From an uncultured Ignavibacteria bacterium (GTDB lineage: Bacteria > Zixibacteria > MSB-5A5 > CAIYYT01): a stretch of DNA of 64,000 nucleotides. Below, piece by piece: positions 18,222-27,954 of the stretch. A program made the translations under genes and the position numbers. Where the stretch lies: assembly GCA_964576925.1 (NCBI GenBank), contig CAZNWJ010000010.1:2363-66362 (forward strand), written 5' to 3'. The notes beneath the pieces were generated by a model that was given only the letters and a program-made list of their open reading frames with translations, was not told the DNA's origin and did no database searches. How positions within the stretch are numbered: position 1 is the stretch's first letter; each line of letters starts with the position of its first letter.

Positions 18222-18599
18222 ATGTCAGAAGAACAATCGATAGCGGCAACTACAGAGAGTCTGAGAAAGTCGCTAATCAAAATTGCAGTTGAATCTTGGA
18301 GGGTCAGCCGAGTTATTCAGAGGATTTTGATGAAGCTCGATGCCGGCGAGCAAAACCGATTCCGGAGTCAGATGTCTTGGTTCTTGAAGAAAGTTGAGGA
18401 ATCTCTTAAGGAAGCAGATATGCGAATCGTCAACGTTGAGGGGCAACCGTTTGATACTGGAATGGCAGCGACACCGCTCAACATAGAAGAGTTCGGCGAG
18501 ACGGATAGGTTAATAGTTGATCAGATGCTTGAGCCGATCATCATGGCGAATGAAGGTCTGATCAGACCCGGCACTGTCATACTCAGAAGGGTTGAATAA
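18222..18599 (+). CDS. GrpE-like small protein (putative nucleotide exchange factor)
   Basis: Helical N-half followed by LKEADMRIVNVEGQPFD...PIIM...GTV, resembling the GrpE beta-domain; TAATG overlap with the Hsp70 gene. Confidence 0.6.
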   Translation: MSEEQSIAATTESLRKSLIKIAVESWRVSRVIQRILMKLDAGEQNRFRSQMSWFLKKVEESLKEADMRIVNVEGQPFDTGMAATPLNIEEFGETDRLIVDQMLEPIIMANEGLIRPGTVILRRVE

Positions 18600-21094
18600 T
18601 GAAGACATATGTTGGTATTGACCTCGGAACGACAAACAGCGCGATTTGTTCCTACGATGGGATGGCTACCCGCATTTGGAAAAGCCCAGAACAAAATGAT
18701 GTCACACCGTCTGCGATCTATATGGACAAGCGTGGCAACAAGTATGTGGGCAAGAGAGCCTATGATTCAGCACCATATAGCCCAGACAGTTCTGCCATGT
18801 TGTTCAAGCGACTCATGGGAACAAACACACCGCTCAACTTCACGGCACTGGGACTGACGATGTCACCGGAAGAGTGCTCCGCGGAGATTCTGAAGGTGCT
18901 TTTCGGATACCTGCCCGAGGAAATCAGAAATGGTTCTGATACCGGGACCGTGATTACCGTTCCCGCAGTCTTCGATCAGATGCAGAAGGATGCAACCATG
19001 CAAGCGGCGAACATTGCCGGAATTGGCAAAATCGCTCTCATGCAAGAACCTGTAGCGGCCGTCATGAGCGTCATGCGAACCCGCAACACCGATGGCATGT
19101 TTCTAATCTATGACTTGGGTGGAGGAACACTCGACATTGCCATAGCGCAGAGCATCGGTGGACGCGTCAGCATGCTTGCCCACGGAGGCATCGCAATGTG
19201 CGGGGGTCGAGAATTCGACCGCCTTATCGTTGACAGTATCGTTCGCCCTTGGCTTCTCGATACTTTTAGCTTGCCAGATAACTTCATGGTCGACCCAAGC
19301 TTCAAGTCGTTGGTTCGACTTGCGACTTGGGCAACTGAAAAGGCCAAGATCGAGCTTTCTTCCGTAGACGAAGCCGTGATCAGCCTATCTGAAACCGAGA
19401 CTAGAACTCGTGATCTAAAAGGGAAGGAAATTTACTTCGACATCCCGTTACCCAGGAGATCGTTTGACAGCCTGATCGATAAGTTGCTGGACGAATCAAC
19501 TGAAGCAGTTCGTGCTACCGTTTCGAAAGCTGGACTTACTCCTCACGATCTGGAGCGCATAGTGTTCATTGGTGGCCCAACTCATTATAAACCGTTGAGA
19601 GACAAGGTGGCCATCGCGGTGGGTATACCGGGAACCGCTGATGTGAATCCCATGACCGCTGTCGCCGAAGGGGCGGGCTTGTTTGCGGAGTCGGTTGACT
19701 GGAGTTCCCAGAGCCACTCGAGGAAGAGTTCTCGTGGGCAAATGTCGTCTGGCGGCGCACTGGCGGTGACGTTTGCATACAACTCACGGACTCCGGACGT
19801 GAGATCGAGAATCGTGGTTCAGATCGCTGGGCAGGTTGTTCCAGGATCGGAGTTTCAGATAGACAGTGTCGGTACTGGATGGACCTCCGGGCGCGTTTCG
19901 CTCAAGCCAGGTGCCAGTATAGATGTGACGCTCCACAAGGCTGGCGAGAATGTCTTCAAGGTGTTTGTGTTCGACTCTTTAGGTGGACCTCTTGCCTTGG
20001 AACAAGACAAGATCATCATCACAAGAACGGCAGCGACAGTTGACGCCATCCCCGCCTCGCATTCGATTGGCGTCGAAGTTCTCGAAAAACTGGGAGGCCG
20101 GCCAGTACTCCATTACTTAGTGCGCGCAGGCGACGCTCTTCCAAAGAAAGGCAGAGAGACATTCAAGGCGGCAGAGTCCTTAAAGGCAGGGGCAGCCAGT
20201 TCCTTGAATTTCAAGCTTTGGGAGGGTGAGATCGAGGATCCGGTCACGGACAATCGAGCGATTGGGGTTCTCAAGATAGCGGGTTCGGATTTCGATGACG
20301 GTGTGATTCCCGCCGGAGCGAACCTTGAATGTGAATATGAGATTCGTGACTCCGGAAACATCATGATAGAAGTTTCTGCCCCCTGTATTGGCGGCACATT
20401 TCATTCCGACAAGAATTTCTATTCGCGCCAGGAGGGCCAGCGCGACTATAGTTCGGATTCACAATTGATCGTTGAAGAGGGCGAGCAAACCCTGTCTCGA
20501 ATCGACAAAATCAACGAAGTGGTCGATGACCCCCGGATTGACCAAGCGCGCGAAAAACTCGACCAGGCAATCTTGCTTGATACGCAAGAGTCCGATCCGG
20601 AAACGGCAAAGAAGGCGCATGAGGACATCCTTGCGGCCAGAAGGATCCTCGCTCAAGTAAGAAAAGAGCATCTCAGAGAGATCAGGCAGATCGATCTCGA
20701 TCTCGTGGTCTCGTATTTCGACGATCATATTCGCCAATACGCTCGCCCATCCGAAGAAACGGCTTTTGACAATTTGGCGAAGACGGCGCAACGATCCATC
20801 GAGAGAAATGACCGGGATTTCGAGTATCATGTCGGCGAACTCAGGAGCAAGAATTTCGAGATTCTGTGGCGTCAGGACTGGTTTGTCATCGATCGTTTCA
20901 ATTATCTTACGAAATCGCCGCAATCGTTTTCTGACAAGATCCGATTTAAAGATCTTGCGCGAGCTGGTGCTCAGCTCCTGCAGGCTGACGACATCGATCA
21001 ACTTAGGGATATCACTTCACAGCTTTATCAAATCAGGATCTTTGTTGGGTCCGAGGACGACATGTCTGATCCTACGAATATCATGCGGGGATGA
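18599..21094 (+). CDS. Non-canonical Hsp70-family protein (intact ATPase domain, atypical extended C-terminus)
   Basis: YVGIDLGTTNS, VITVPA, IYDLGGGTLD and FIGGPT Hsp70 motifs. At 831 aa it is longer than DnaK, with an extra beta-rich insertion. Confidence 0.9.
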   Translation: MKTYVGIDLGTTNSAICSYDGMATRIWKSPEQNDVTPSAIYMDKRGNKYVGKRAYDSAPYSPDSSAMLFKRLMGTNTPLNFTALGLTMSPEECSAEILKVLFGYLPEEIRNGSDTGTVITVPAVFDQMQKDATMQAANIAGIGKIALMQEPVAAVMSVMRTRNTDGMFLIYDLGGGTLDIAIAQSIGGRVSMLAHGGIAMCGGREFDRLIVDSIVRPWLLDTFSLPDNFMVDPSFKSLVRLATWATEKAKIELSSVDEAVISLSETETRTRDLKGKEIYFDIPLPRRSFDSLIDKLLDESTEAVRATVSKAGLTPHDLERIVFIGGPTHYKPLRDKVAIAVGIPGTADVNPMTAVAEGAGLFAESVDWSSQSHSRKSSRGQMSSGGALAVTFAYNSRTPDVRSRIVVQIAGQVVPGSEFQIDSVGTGWTSGRVSLKPGASIDVTLHKAGENVFKVFVFDSLGGPLALEQDKIIITRTAATVDAIPASHSIGVEVLEKLGGRPVLHYLVRAGDALPKKGRETFKAAESLKAGAASSLNFKLWEGEIEDPVTDNRAIGVLKIAGSDFDDGVIPAGANLECEYEIRDSGNIMIEVSAPCIGGTFHSDKNFYSRQEGQRDYSSDSQLIVEEGEQTLSRIDKINEVVDDPRIDQAREKLDQAILLDTQESDPETAKKAHEDILAARRILAQVRKEHLREIRQIDLDLVVSYFDDHIRQYARPSEETAFDNLAKTAQRSIERNDRDFEYHVGELRSKNFEILWRQDWFVIDRFNYLTKSPQSFSDKIRFKDLARAGAQLLQADDIDQLRDITSQLYQIRIFVGSEDDMSDPTNIMRG

Positions 21095-21097
21095 ACG

Positions 21098-22564
21098 ATG
21101 TCCAAAGATAGGTGGCTGCCGACGGGTTTTGAGTTGCCCGACCGATCGAAGGTTGGCTCTTGTCTGTACTCTGCGGAGAGTTGGCAACAATTTGAGATAC
21201 AGGGTGGCGGATTCGTGCTTATTGCTCTTCCACAGTTGGCCGAGAAATGGTCAATGATTGGTTTGCTCGATGAGTCCTCACTCGGAAACATCACATTCGG
21301 CTCAAGCTGCTTCAGGTGCCTGGTCAGTCAGAAGAGGTACACCCTGGCGCCGATCGAAGAGTGTACGTCGCCAGATAACAAAGTAGATGCACTTGCCTTT
21401 GCCGTTGCACTAAACACGTCTCGAAAAGTATCACCGGATGCTTCGTTTCACGACGCGATTTATGTAGAGCAGCTTTCCCGGCTCCTGCCGACATGGACAC
21501 TCACTCCACGAGTGGACGACGAGTTGGTTTTGGGACGCTGGCTTACAGGTGGAGTACTCATTCCCACAACTTCATTCAGACGTCTGTGTAGTCTGATGGG
21601 CTGGTTATCCCCGAATGACTTACTTGATATTGTCAAGTCGGCGGGCCTCAAAATACCGACCGGCTCTGAGTTAGGTGCTGGAGGATCGCCACTCTTTCTG
21701 AGTCGTTCTAATGAGGGCATCGTGGATGAAGTGGTACCCGTGAAATGGGAACAACCACAAACTCTCGAGGCTGGCTCAGGAACACGGGTGTTCAGCCTTC
21801 CCGGACGGCCAAAGCTTGAGGAGTTCTTTTGCGATTATGTGATTGATATTATTTTCAACCCTCTGAAATACCAAGCGCTAGGCATCGACTTTCCTTCGGC
21901 AATCGTTCTGCATGGTCCTTCTGGCTGTGGTAAGACTTTTGCTGTAGAGCGACTAGTTGAGTTCATTGATTGGCCCAGCTACTCGATTGACTCCAATAGC
22001 GTCGGCAGTCCTTACATACATGAGACCAGCAAGAAAATTGCCGAAGTCTTCGATAAGGCTATCGATAACGCTCCTTCGGTTATTGTAATCGACGAAATGG
22101 AATCGTTCCTGTCCAACAGACTTGCGGGCGGATCGTCTAGTCTACACCATGTAGAGGAAGTAGCGGAGTTCTTACGACGCATACCAGAGGCTATCAAGAA
22201 AAAAGTTCTCGTCATTGGTATGACAAACATGATTGAGATGATCGATCCAGCCATTCTTAGGCGAGGACGCTTTGACCAGATCTGTGAGGTTGGGATGCCT
22301 TCGAAGCAGGAAACTGCTTCACTTCTGGAAACGCTCCTAAACAAAATTCCGCGGTCGGAGAATATCAATCTTGATACCGTAATTGATGCTTTGACCGGCA
22401 AACCTTGTTCAGATTTGGCGTTCGTCGTCCGAGAAGCAGCAAGGATCGCAGCAAAATCCGGGAAAGCTCAAATTGATCAAGACAGTATGACTGTAGCTCT
22501 CGAAAGTCTCGCTAGTGATAGCGATAACGAGGCCAAGAGGATCGGATTTTCCAGAGACACATAG
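21098..22564 (+). CDS. AAA+ ATPase (CDC48/FtsH-like AAA module) with uncharacterised N-terminal domain
   Basis: GPSGCGKT (Walker A), VIVIDEME (Walker B), IDPAILRRGRFD (second region of homology). No protease domain or TM segment. Confidence 0.9.
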   Translation: MSKDRWLPTGFELPDRSKVGSCLYSAESWQQFEIQGGGFVLIALPQLAEKWSMIGLLDESSLGNITFGSSCFRCLVSQKRYTLAPIEECTSPDNKVDALAFAVALNTSRKVSPDASFHDAIYVEQLSRLLPTWTLTPRVDDELVLGRWLTGGVLIPTTSFRRLCSLMGWLSPNDLLDIVKSAGLKIPTGSELGAGGSPLFLSRSNEGIVDEVVPVKWEQPQTLEAGSGTRVFSLPGRPKLEEFFCDYVIDIIFNPLKYQALGIDFPSAIVLHGPSGCGKTFAVERLVEFIDWPSYSIDSNSVGSPYIHETSKKIAEVFDKAIDNAPSVIVIDEMESFLSNRLAGGSSSLHHVEEVAEFLRRIPEAIKKKVLVIGMTNMIEMIDPAILRRGRFDQICEVGMPSKQETASLLETLLNKIPRSENINLDTVIDALTGKPCSDLAFVVREAARIAAKSGKAQIDQDSMTVALESLASDSDNEAKRIGFSRDT

Positions 22565-22576
22565 GGTAGCGATTTG

Positions 22577-24901
22577 ATGGACTTACTTCAGAACCCCTTT
22601 CATATCCTTTGCGCGACGCTAAGAGACAACCACAAGCGAATCGTTGAACTTGCGGACGAATGCAGAATGCAGTCCGATTCATATGATTTTGTGCAAGCTC
22701 GTCTCGATCTGACAAATCCAAGAAGACGGTTATCAGCAGAGATAGCGTGGCTGCCTGGACTTGCCCCCACGCGCGCAGTTGAAATACTTTCGATGCTAGA
22801 ACATTTGCCCATAAATTTCCAGCGATTGGGTAAATTGACTCCGATAGCGCGAGCGAATGTACTCGCGGCTGGACTGTCGAGGCTAAGTGTCAACCAGCCC
22901 GAAAAATATGCCGAGTGGATCATCGAACTAGCACAGGCTTTTGAGCAAGTTGATTCGAAAGAGCTCGCTCGGTTAATCAACGAAGACCGAAGCGTTTCGG
23001 GCTTCCCAAGAGTTACCGATCAATCGGCGATTGAAGAAGTGCTACGGAATCAACGCAACTACTATTGCCGAGTGATGAAGACCGCCCTGGACGATCTTGT
23101 TGACAGAAGATTTGAGGGAATCAATATCGCTGTAGATCTTGCGACTGATCATGGGAGGACGCAAGGGCTAATTCTCTTGGACGACCTGGTTGACACTTAT
23201 GAGATCGAAGTAAATACACTTGCTGAAGCCGAACATAGGAACATTGATACATTAGTCGAGCAACTGCGAGTTTCAGCAACAGCACGAAGGGCGAGTGCCG
23301 CATTGACGGAACGTATGAGAGCATTGATGCTGGCTGTCAAGAATTTGGATGCCGCCGTCCAGCCCATTCAGACAAGCAAGATGGTCCGCGGCTTGAGCGA
23401 TGCTGACGGTGATCCGAGATCGGATGTTGCCACAGAACTCTACAAGCTCGCATTGGTTCTCGAAGAGCAAGACAAGCTTGCTGAAGCGGAGATGTTATAT
23501 CGAAGTGCGCTTCACCTCCATGAGAAAGCCCGGGGCCTCGACCATCCCGAAGTCGCAATCAGCTTGGTCCGAATCGCTGGTCTCCTCCATCGTCAAGACC
23601 TGCCTGAAAGAGCGGAACAGCTTTACAAACGTGCCTTGGGAATCAGGGAAAATGCGTTTGGTCTCGAACACCTTGAAGTTGCTTCGGTCCTAGACGACCT
23701 CGCAACCCTCTACTCCGATCAAGGCCAATTTGTCAGAGCCGAGCAATGTTACATACGCGCCTTGGAGATTAGGAAGGGAGCCCTAGAATCTGACGATCTC
23801 AATCTGGCCGAGAGCTTCAGCAATCTTGCTGTATGCTACGATAATCAGGGCAAATACGTCGAGGCAGAGCAGCCTTACAAGCGCGCACTGCAGATTAGGA
23901 AGAAGGCGCTGGATGCCGACGACCCTGATTTGGTTTCAAGCTTCGAGGATCTTGCCACCTGCTATGATAATCAAGGTCAATACGCAACGGCAGAGTTGTT
24001 TTATAAGCGCGCGTTGGCGATCAAGAAGAAGATCCTAGATGCTAATAGTCCTGAACTGGCGATATCCTTTCACAATCTTGGCCGGTGCTATGTCCATCTA
24101 AGTGAATATGCAAAGGCAGTTCTACATTATAAGCGTGCATTAGCGATTAGAGAGAAGGTCCTTGATTCGGACGATCTTGACCTAGCGACGAGCTTAAACA
24201 ATCTTGCTGTTTGTTATGGGAATCAGGACAAAGACACCAAAGCGGAGCCACTCTACGAGCGGGCATTGGCGATTAGGGAGAGGGTCTTGGACTCAGACGA
24301 TCCCGACTTAGCAAGGAGCCTAAGCAATCTTGCTATATGTTATGCGAATCAGGGCAAGTACACCAAAGCCGAACCTCTCTACAAGCGGGCATTAGCGATT
24401 AGAGAGAAGACCCTCGGTTCCGACGACCCCGCTGTGGCGACAGTCTTGCGCAGTCTCGCCGACGTCTATTACTTTCAGGAGAACTACGTTAAGGCGGAGC
24501 CACTATACAAACGTGCTCTAAAAATCAGGGAAAAACACTATGGTCGCGATCATCTCGATGTAGCTTTGATCTTGGAAGACCTTGCTTTGGTTTACCTGAA
24601 TCAAGACAAATACGCTGAGGCAGAGCCACTGTTCAAACGCGTCCTGGCAATCAGAGAAAAAAACCTCGGTTCCGAACATCCCGACGTGGTGTCAGTCCTG
24701 CGCAGTCTTGCCGATGTATATTACTTCCAGCAAGATTATGTTGAAGCGTACTCGCTATACAAACGTGTCCTGCCGATCATAGAAGCAACCTTGGGCCAAC
24801 ACCATCCCGACGTAGTCGAGATTTATACCAAGATATTGGAGATCGCCAACTCGCTATCTCTGGAAGCAAAAAGGGCTCTTGGTCGAGCACGGCTGCGATG
24901 A
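22577..24901 (+). CDS. J-like (HPD-less) N-terminal domain + helical domain + 11 kinesin-light-chain-type TPR repeats
   Basis: NPFHILCAT...DLTNPRRRL resembles J-domain helices I and IV; 42-aa repeats follow. N-terminal ~275 aa is paralogous to 24983-26641. Confidence 0.75.
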   Translation: MDLLQNPFHILCATLRDNHKRIVELADECRMQSDSYDFVQARLDLTNPRRRLSAEIAWLPGLAPTRAVEILSMLEHLPINFQRLGKLTPIARANVLAAGLSRLSVNQPEKYAEWIIELAQAFEQVDSKELARLINEDRSVSGFPRVTDQSAIEEVLRNQRNYYCRVMKTALDDLVDRRFEGINIAVDLATDHGRTQGLILLDDLVDTYEIEVNTLAEAEHRNIDTLVEQLRVSATARRASAALTERMRALMLAVKNLDAAVQPIQTSKMVRGLSDADGDPRSDVATELYKLALVLEEQDKLAEAEMLYRSALHLHEKARGLDHPEVAISLVRIAGLLHRQDLPERAEQLYKRALGIRENAFGLEHLEVASVLDDLATLYSDQGQFVRAEQCYIRALEIRKGALESDDLNLAESFSNLAVCYDNQGKYVEAEQPYKRALQIRKKALDADDPDLVSSFEDLATCYDNQGQYATAELFYKRALAIKKKILDANSPELAISFHNLGRCYVHLSEYAKAVLHYKRALAIREKVLDSDDLDLATSLNNLAVCYGNQDKDTKAEPLYERALAIRERVLDSDDPDLARSLSNLAICYANQGKYTKAEPLYKRALAIREKTLGSDDPAVATVLRSLADVYYFQENYVKAEPLYKRALKIREKHYGRDHLDVALILEDLALVYLNQDKYAEAEPLFKRVLAIREKNLGSEHPDVVSVLRSLADVYYFQQDYVEAYSLYKRVLPIIEATLGQHHPDVVEIYTKILEIANSLSLEAKRALGRARLR
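23423..24808 (+). repeat. Eleven tandem 126-bp (42-aa) TPR coding repeats
   Basis: Repeats counted in the translation, from DVATELYK to GQHHP; 11 x 126 bp spans 23423-24808 exactly. Confidence 0.85.
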
Positions 24902-24982
24902 GCAGCGAAATGAGAAGTCCCGACGCCGGGAGAACAAAGAAGGCGCAGGAAATCTCAACAGGATAATAAGTCGGTAAATAGC

Positions 24983-26641
24983 GTGGACATTTTCCAGAAT
25001 CCTTTTCACATACCAGGTGCGAGCCCCCGAGACCACCGACGAAGGCTCTTGGAGCTATCGGAAGAGCGCAATATCTTGTTTGATTCGAGCGACTGTACCC
25101 GTGCCTTTTCTGATTTGACAAATCCCAGGAGACGATTGTCAGCGGAGATTGCCTGGCTACCGGGACTTGGGCCAAAACGAGTTAGCGAAACTTTGTTCGT
25201 GCTTCAGAATTCAGTATCTGAGACGCTCGCTCTGGAAAAACTGGGTCCGATCGCAAGAGCGAACTCGCTCGCCGCTGGACTTCGGACAATTAGCGCAACT
25301 ACTCCGGATTTTGTTGCAAGATGGATATCCGAACTTGCGCGGGCCTTTGAGGAAGTTGATCCCGACAAGTTGCGCGCACTGATCAACGAAGATCGAATAG
25401 TTGGCGGTTTCCCTGAGGTAACCAGCTTGGCGATGGTGGAAGAAGAAATCCAGGAACGACGCCGACATTATCGAAATATCATCAAGTCTGCACTGGACTC
25501 ACTTCCCTCGCGGAAGTTAGTGGAACAGGTTACCGAGGTGGTAGACGTTACCACTAGTTGCGGACAGAAACACGCGCCCGTCTTGGTTGACGATCTGGTT
25601 GATACGTACGAAATCGAGGCTCGTGCTTTCTTCGAGAGAGAGACAAGGAACATCGAGAAATTGACTGAGCGGCTTCTGCTGGCCGCGGCAGCGAAGAGAC
25701 CCGACTCGACTCTGACGGCGCTCGTTGAACAGCTTGTCTCGGTGGTCAAGAATTGGGACTCCGTTGCACAGCCGATCCAGGTCAGCACAAGCAGCCGTGG
25801 ATTGGATCACGGTTCGAGTTATCAGGTAGCCGGAATTGTCAGAAGTGCAGCAGTCGAGCTTTTCAATGAGCACGATAAACTGGCTCTTGCACAACGACTT
25901 ACGGACCTGCTCAATGAAGTTTTTGCCGAAGTTATCGAGGTCGCGGAGCGAACTTCCGAAGACGTCACCGCACTTAAGGAAATTGCTGAAAGGCGCGTCC
26001 AGTCCATTGAGGACGCGAATATTCAGGCCGACGTTTTTCGTGATGAGATCACTTATGAGGCGCAAGTGGGCCTTTTCAGAACCACCCTTCGTATTTCACC
26101 GGAAGGAATTGAATGGGGTAGTCGTTATTGGAACCTGGACTCCATAACGCATATCAGTTGGGGTGGTACGAGAAACTCACTCAATGGAATCTTCACTGGA
26201 ACATCCTTCAGCATCAATTTTGAATCTGCGGATGACCATTGTTCGATTACGCTCAGGAATCAGGAAATTTACGACAATTTTGTCCGTCGCCTTTGGAAGG
26301 CTGTGGGCGTCAGGCTCTTGACCGAACTTCTCGAAGGATTGCGAAGCGGGCAGCGATATGAGTTCGGTAATACCGTGATTGATGATTGTGGAGTCGAATT
26401 CCAGCGCATGGGACTCACTTCTTGGTATGGACGCGTTTACTGTCGTTGGGCTGAAGTATCGGAATGGAGCGCGAATGGCGAGTTCTTCATCGGAAAGAGG
26501 GGAGATAGAGAGCTTATTGAGAGTTTTTCATATCAATTTCAGGGTAACATCCATATTCTCGCCACGGCCATTGAGGCTTTCAAGAAGCGAGGAGGCGATC
26601 GATTGAGTAGCCTCTTAGGGAACAACGACAATGCACCATGA
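24983..26641 (+). CDS. J-like (HPD-less) paralog with beta-rich C-terminus resembling tandem bacterial PH domains
   Basis: NPFHIPGAS...DLTNPRRRLSAEIAWLPGL matches the upstream gene. C-terminus LRISPEGIEW...W.LDSITHISWGG is PH-like by inspection only. Confidence 0.65.
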   Translation: MDIFQNPFHIPGASPRDHRRRLLELSEERNILFDSSDCTRAFSDLTNPRRRLSAEIAWLPGLGPKRVSETLFVLQNSVSETLALEKLGPIARANSLAAGLRTISATTPDFVARWISELARAFEEVDPDKLRALINEDRIVGGFPEVTSLAMVEEEIQERRRHYRNIIKSALDSLPSRKLVEQVTEVVDVTTSCGQKHAPVLVDDLVDTYEIEARAFFERETRNIEKLTERLLLAAAAKRPDSTLTALVEQLVSVVKNWDSVAQPIQVSTSSRGLDHGSSYQVAGIVRSAAVELFNEHDKLALAQRLTDLLNEVFAEVIEVAERTSEDVTALKEIAERRVQSIEDANIQADVFRDEITYEAQVGLFRTTLRISPEGIEWGSRYWNLDSITHISWGGTRNSLNGIFTGTSFSINFESADDHCSITLRNQEIYDNFVRRLWKAVGVRLLTELLEGLRSGQRYEFGNTVIDDCGVEFQRMGLTSWYGRVYCRWAEVSEWSANGEFFIGKRGDRELIESFSYQFQGNIHILATAIEAFKKRGGDRLSSLLGNNDNAP

Positions 26642-27317
26642 TGAGGAAGCTCGTGGATTTGCCGGTCTTGTTTTCTTGGCATCGACGATCAGTGATGTCG
26701 ATGAAAAAGCTGGCACAACTGGTCAATTGCCTTCTTCCAAACAAGAGTCGGCAAGGTCAGATACCAGTTCGAGCAGTACAACAACTCGGACGACCTTGGA
26801 TTCACCTCGACCGATCGGAAAGTCGAGCGGAGGCAAGGATTTCTGGCTGAATCGCATTCGGATCATCGCTGTATTCGCTTTCCTCATGATCGTTGCCTGG
26901 GCGACCATTGATGCGGTCAGAGATCGGCGCGAATCGCCCGGTACTGAAACTCCCCCAGCGCCTGGAAACGCCAATCCAGTACAAAACCCGCCACGAAGTT
27001 CCAATCAACCCCGCCCCTCGGTAACGCAGTCTCGTCCGCGACCACCTATTGGAGTTGACTTGGCTAGTCAGATCGAGTCCGAAAAGGCACAAGTTGTCAA
27101 GATGGAAGGCCAAATCGGCGAGATGGATGACCGTCTAGATAAACTCCGACGAAGCATGAAATCATACGAAGATTTAGAAATGATCGATGAGTACAATGAG
27201 TTGGTCCCGATATACAATTCGGTACTTGATCAGCGAATCGAGCTGTACAGCAAGTACGATCGCCTTATTAACGAGATCAACGCAAAGGTGAAGCGATACA
27301 ATTCTGGAGAACGGTAA
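26631..27317 (+). CDS. Single-pass membrane protein: Ser/Thr-rich N-terminus, TM helix, Pro-rich linker, coiled coil
   Basis: TM IIAVFAFLMIVAWATI; PPAPGNANP linker; heptad-rich C-terminus; 11-bp overlap with the upstream gene. Confidence 0.7.
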   Translation: MHHDEEARGFAGLVFLASTISDVDEKAGTTGQLPSSKQESARSDTSSSSTTTRTTLDSPRPIGKSSGGKDFWLNRIRIIAVFAFLMIVAWATIDAVRDRRESPGTETPPAPGNANPVQNPPRSSNQPRPSVTQSRPRPPIGVDLASQIESEKAQVVKMEGQIGEMDDRLDKLRRSMKSYEDLEMIDEYNELVPIYNSVLDQRIELYSKYDRLINEINAKVKRYNSGER

Positions 27318-27847
27318 GATAAGATCGTGTATTTGACAAGCTTCGAGGACCCGTAACTCACCGTAGTTTCGCCCTTAGCCATTCGTAGAACCTGTAGTAT
27401 TACAAGAAAGTATCGTAGACAAGATACACATTACAGTAAGAAAAGAACCGCATTCTGGAATAGAAAAAGTTGGAAGAGTTCAATAATGAGAGAGGGGGCT
27501 AGGAAACTCTCATAACACTTGACCTTTTCCCGAGTGCAAAATAGAACTTCTGATACCAGACGCAGGTGGTTTCAGCATAAGCGTTCAGATTATTCGATGC
27601 TATCGAAAAGTGCTTCTGATCGCTTAAACCGAATACTGATTCTCTGGATTCGGAGTCCAGATTTAGCTGACGGCCGTCAGCAGTAGGTTTCACGATTGAA
27701 ACACGCTCATTGTTAACACTTTGCTAACAGACTGAGCCAAAACAATGTATGATAAGGGACAACACCGGACAATTGGAACTCGCATAAGCTCTTGATGTTG
27801 TTACAGCTTATTGTCCGGTGTTGTTTACTGGATGGGCGTCAGAAAAA

Positions 27848-27873
27848 GCTCATAACCCTAAAGTCGTGGATTT
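27848..27873 (+). pseudogene. Fragment resembling the anticodon-to-T-arm region of initiator tRNA-Met
   Basis: GCTCATAACCCTAAAGTCGTGGATTT compared with the typical tRNA-fMet GCTCATAACCCGAAGGTCGTAGGTTC. No 5' half and no CCA end, so not a complete tRNA. Confidence 0.55.
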
Positions 27874-27954
27874 CTCGCTGAACTGTTGATCTTCACAAAA
27901 ACGGTCACAATTTGGTCACAGTACGGTTTAAGCCATTGTCCCACAACGCGAGTC

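Noticed and set aside
18599-21094. Housekeeping dnaK
   Set aside because: Atypical length and C-terminus, island location, and no canonical dnaJ/grpE/hrcA context.
23423-24808. HPD tripeptides inside the TPR array as a substitute J-domain motif
   Set aside because: HP[D/E] is the normal linker of kinesin-light-chain-type TPRs, so it is not evidence of Hsp70 stimulation.
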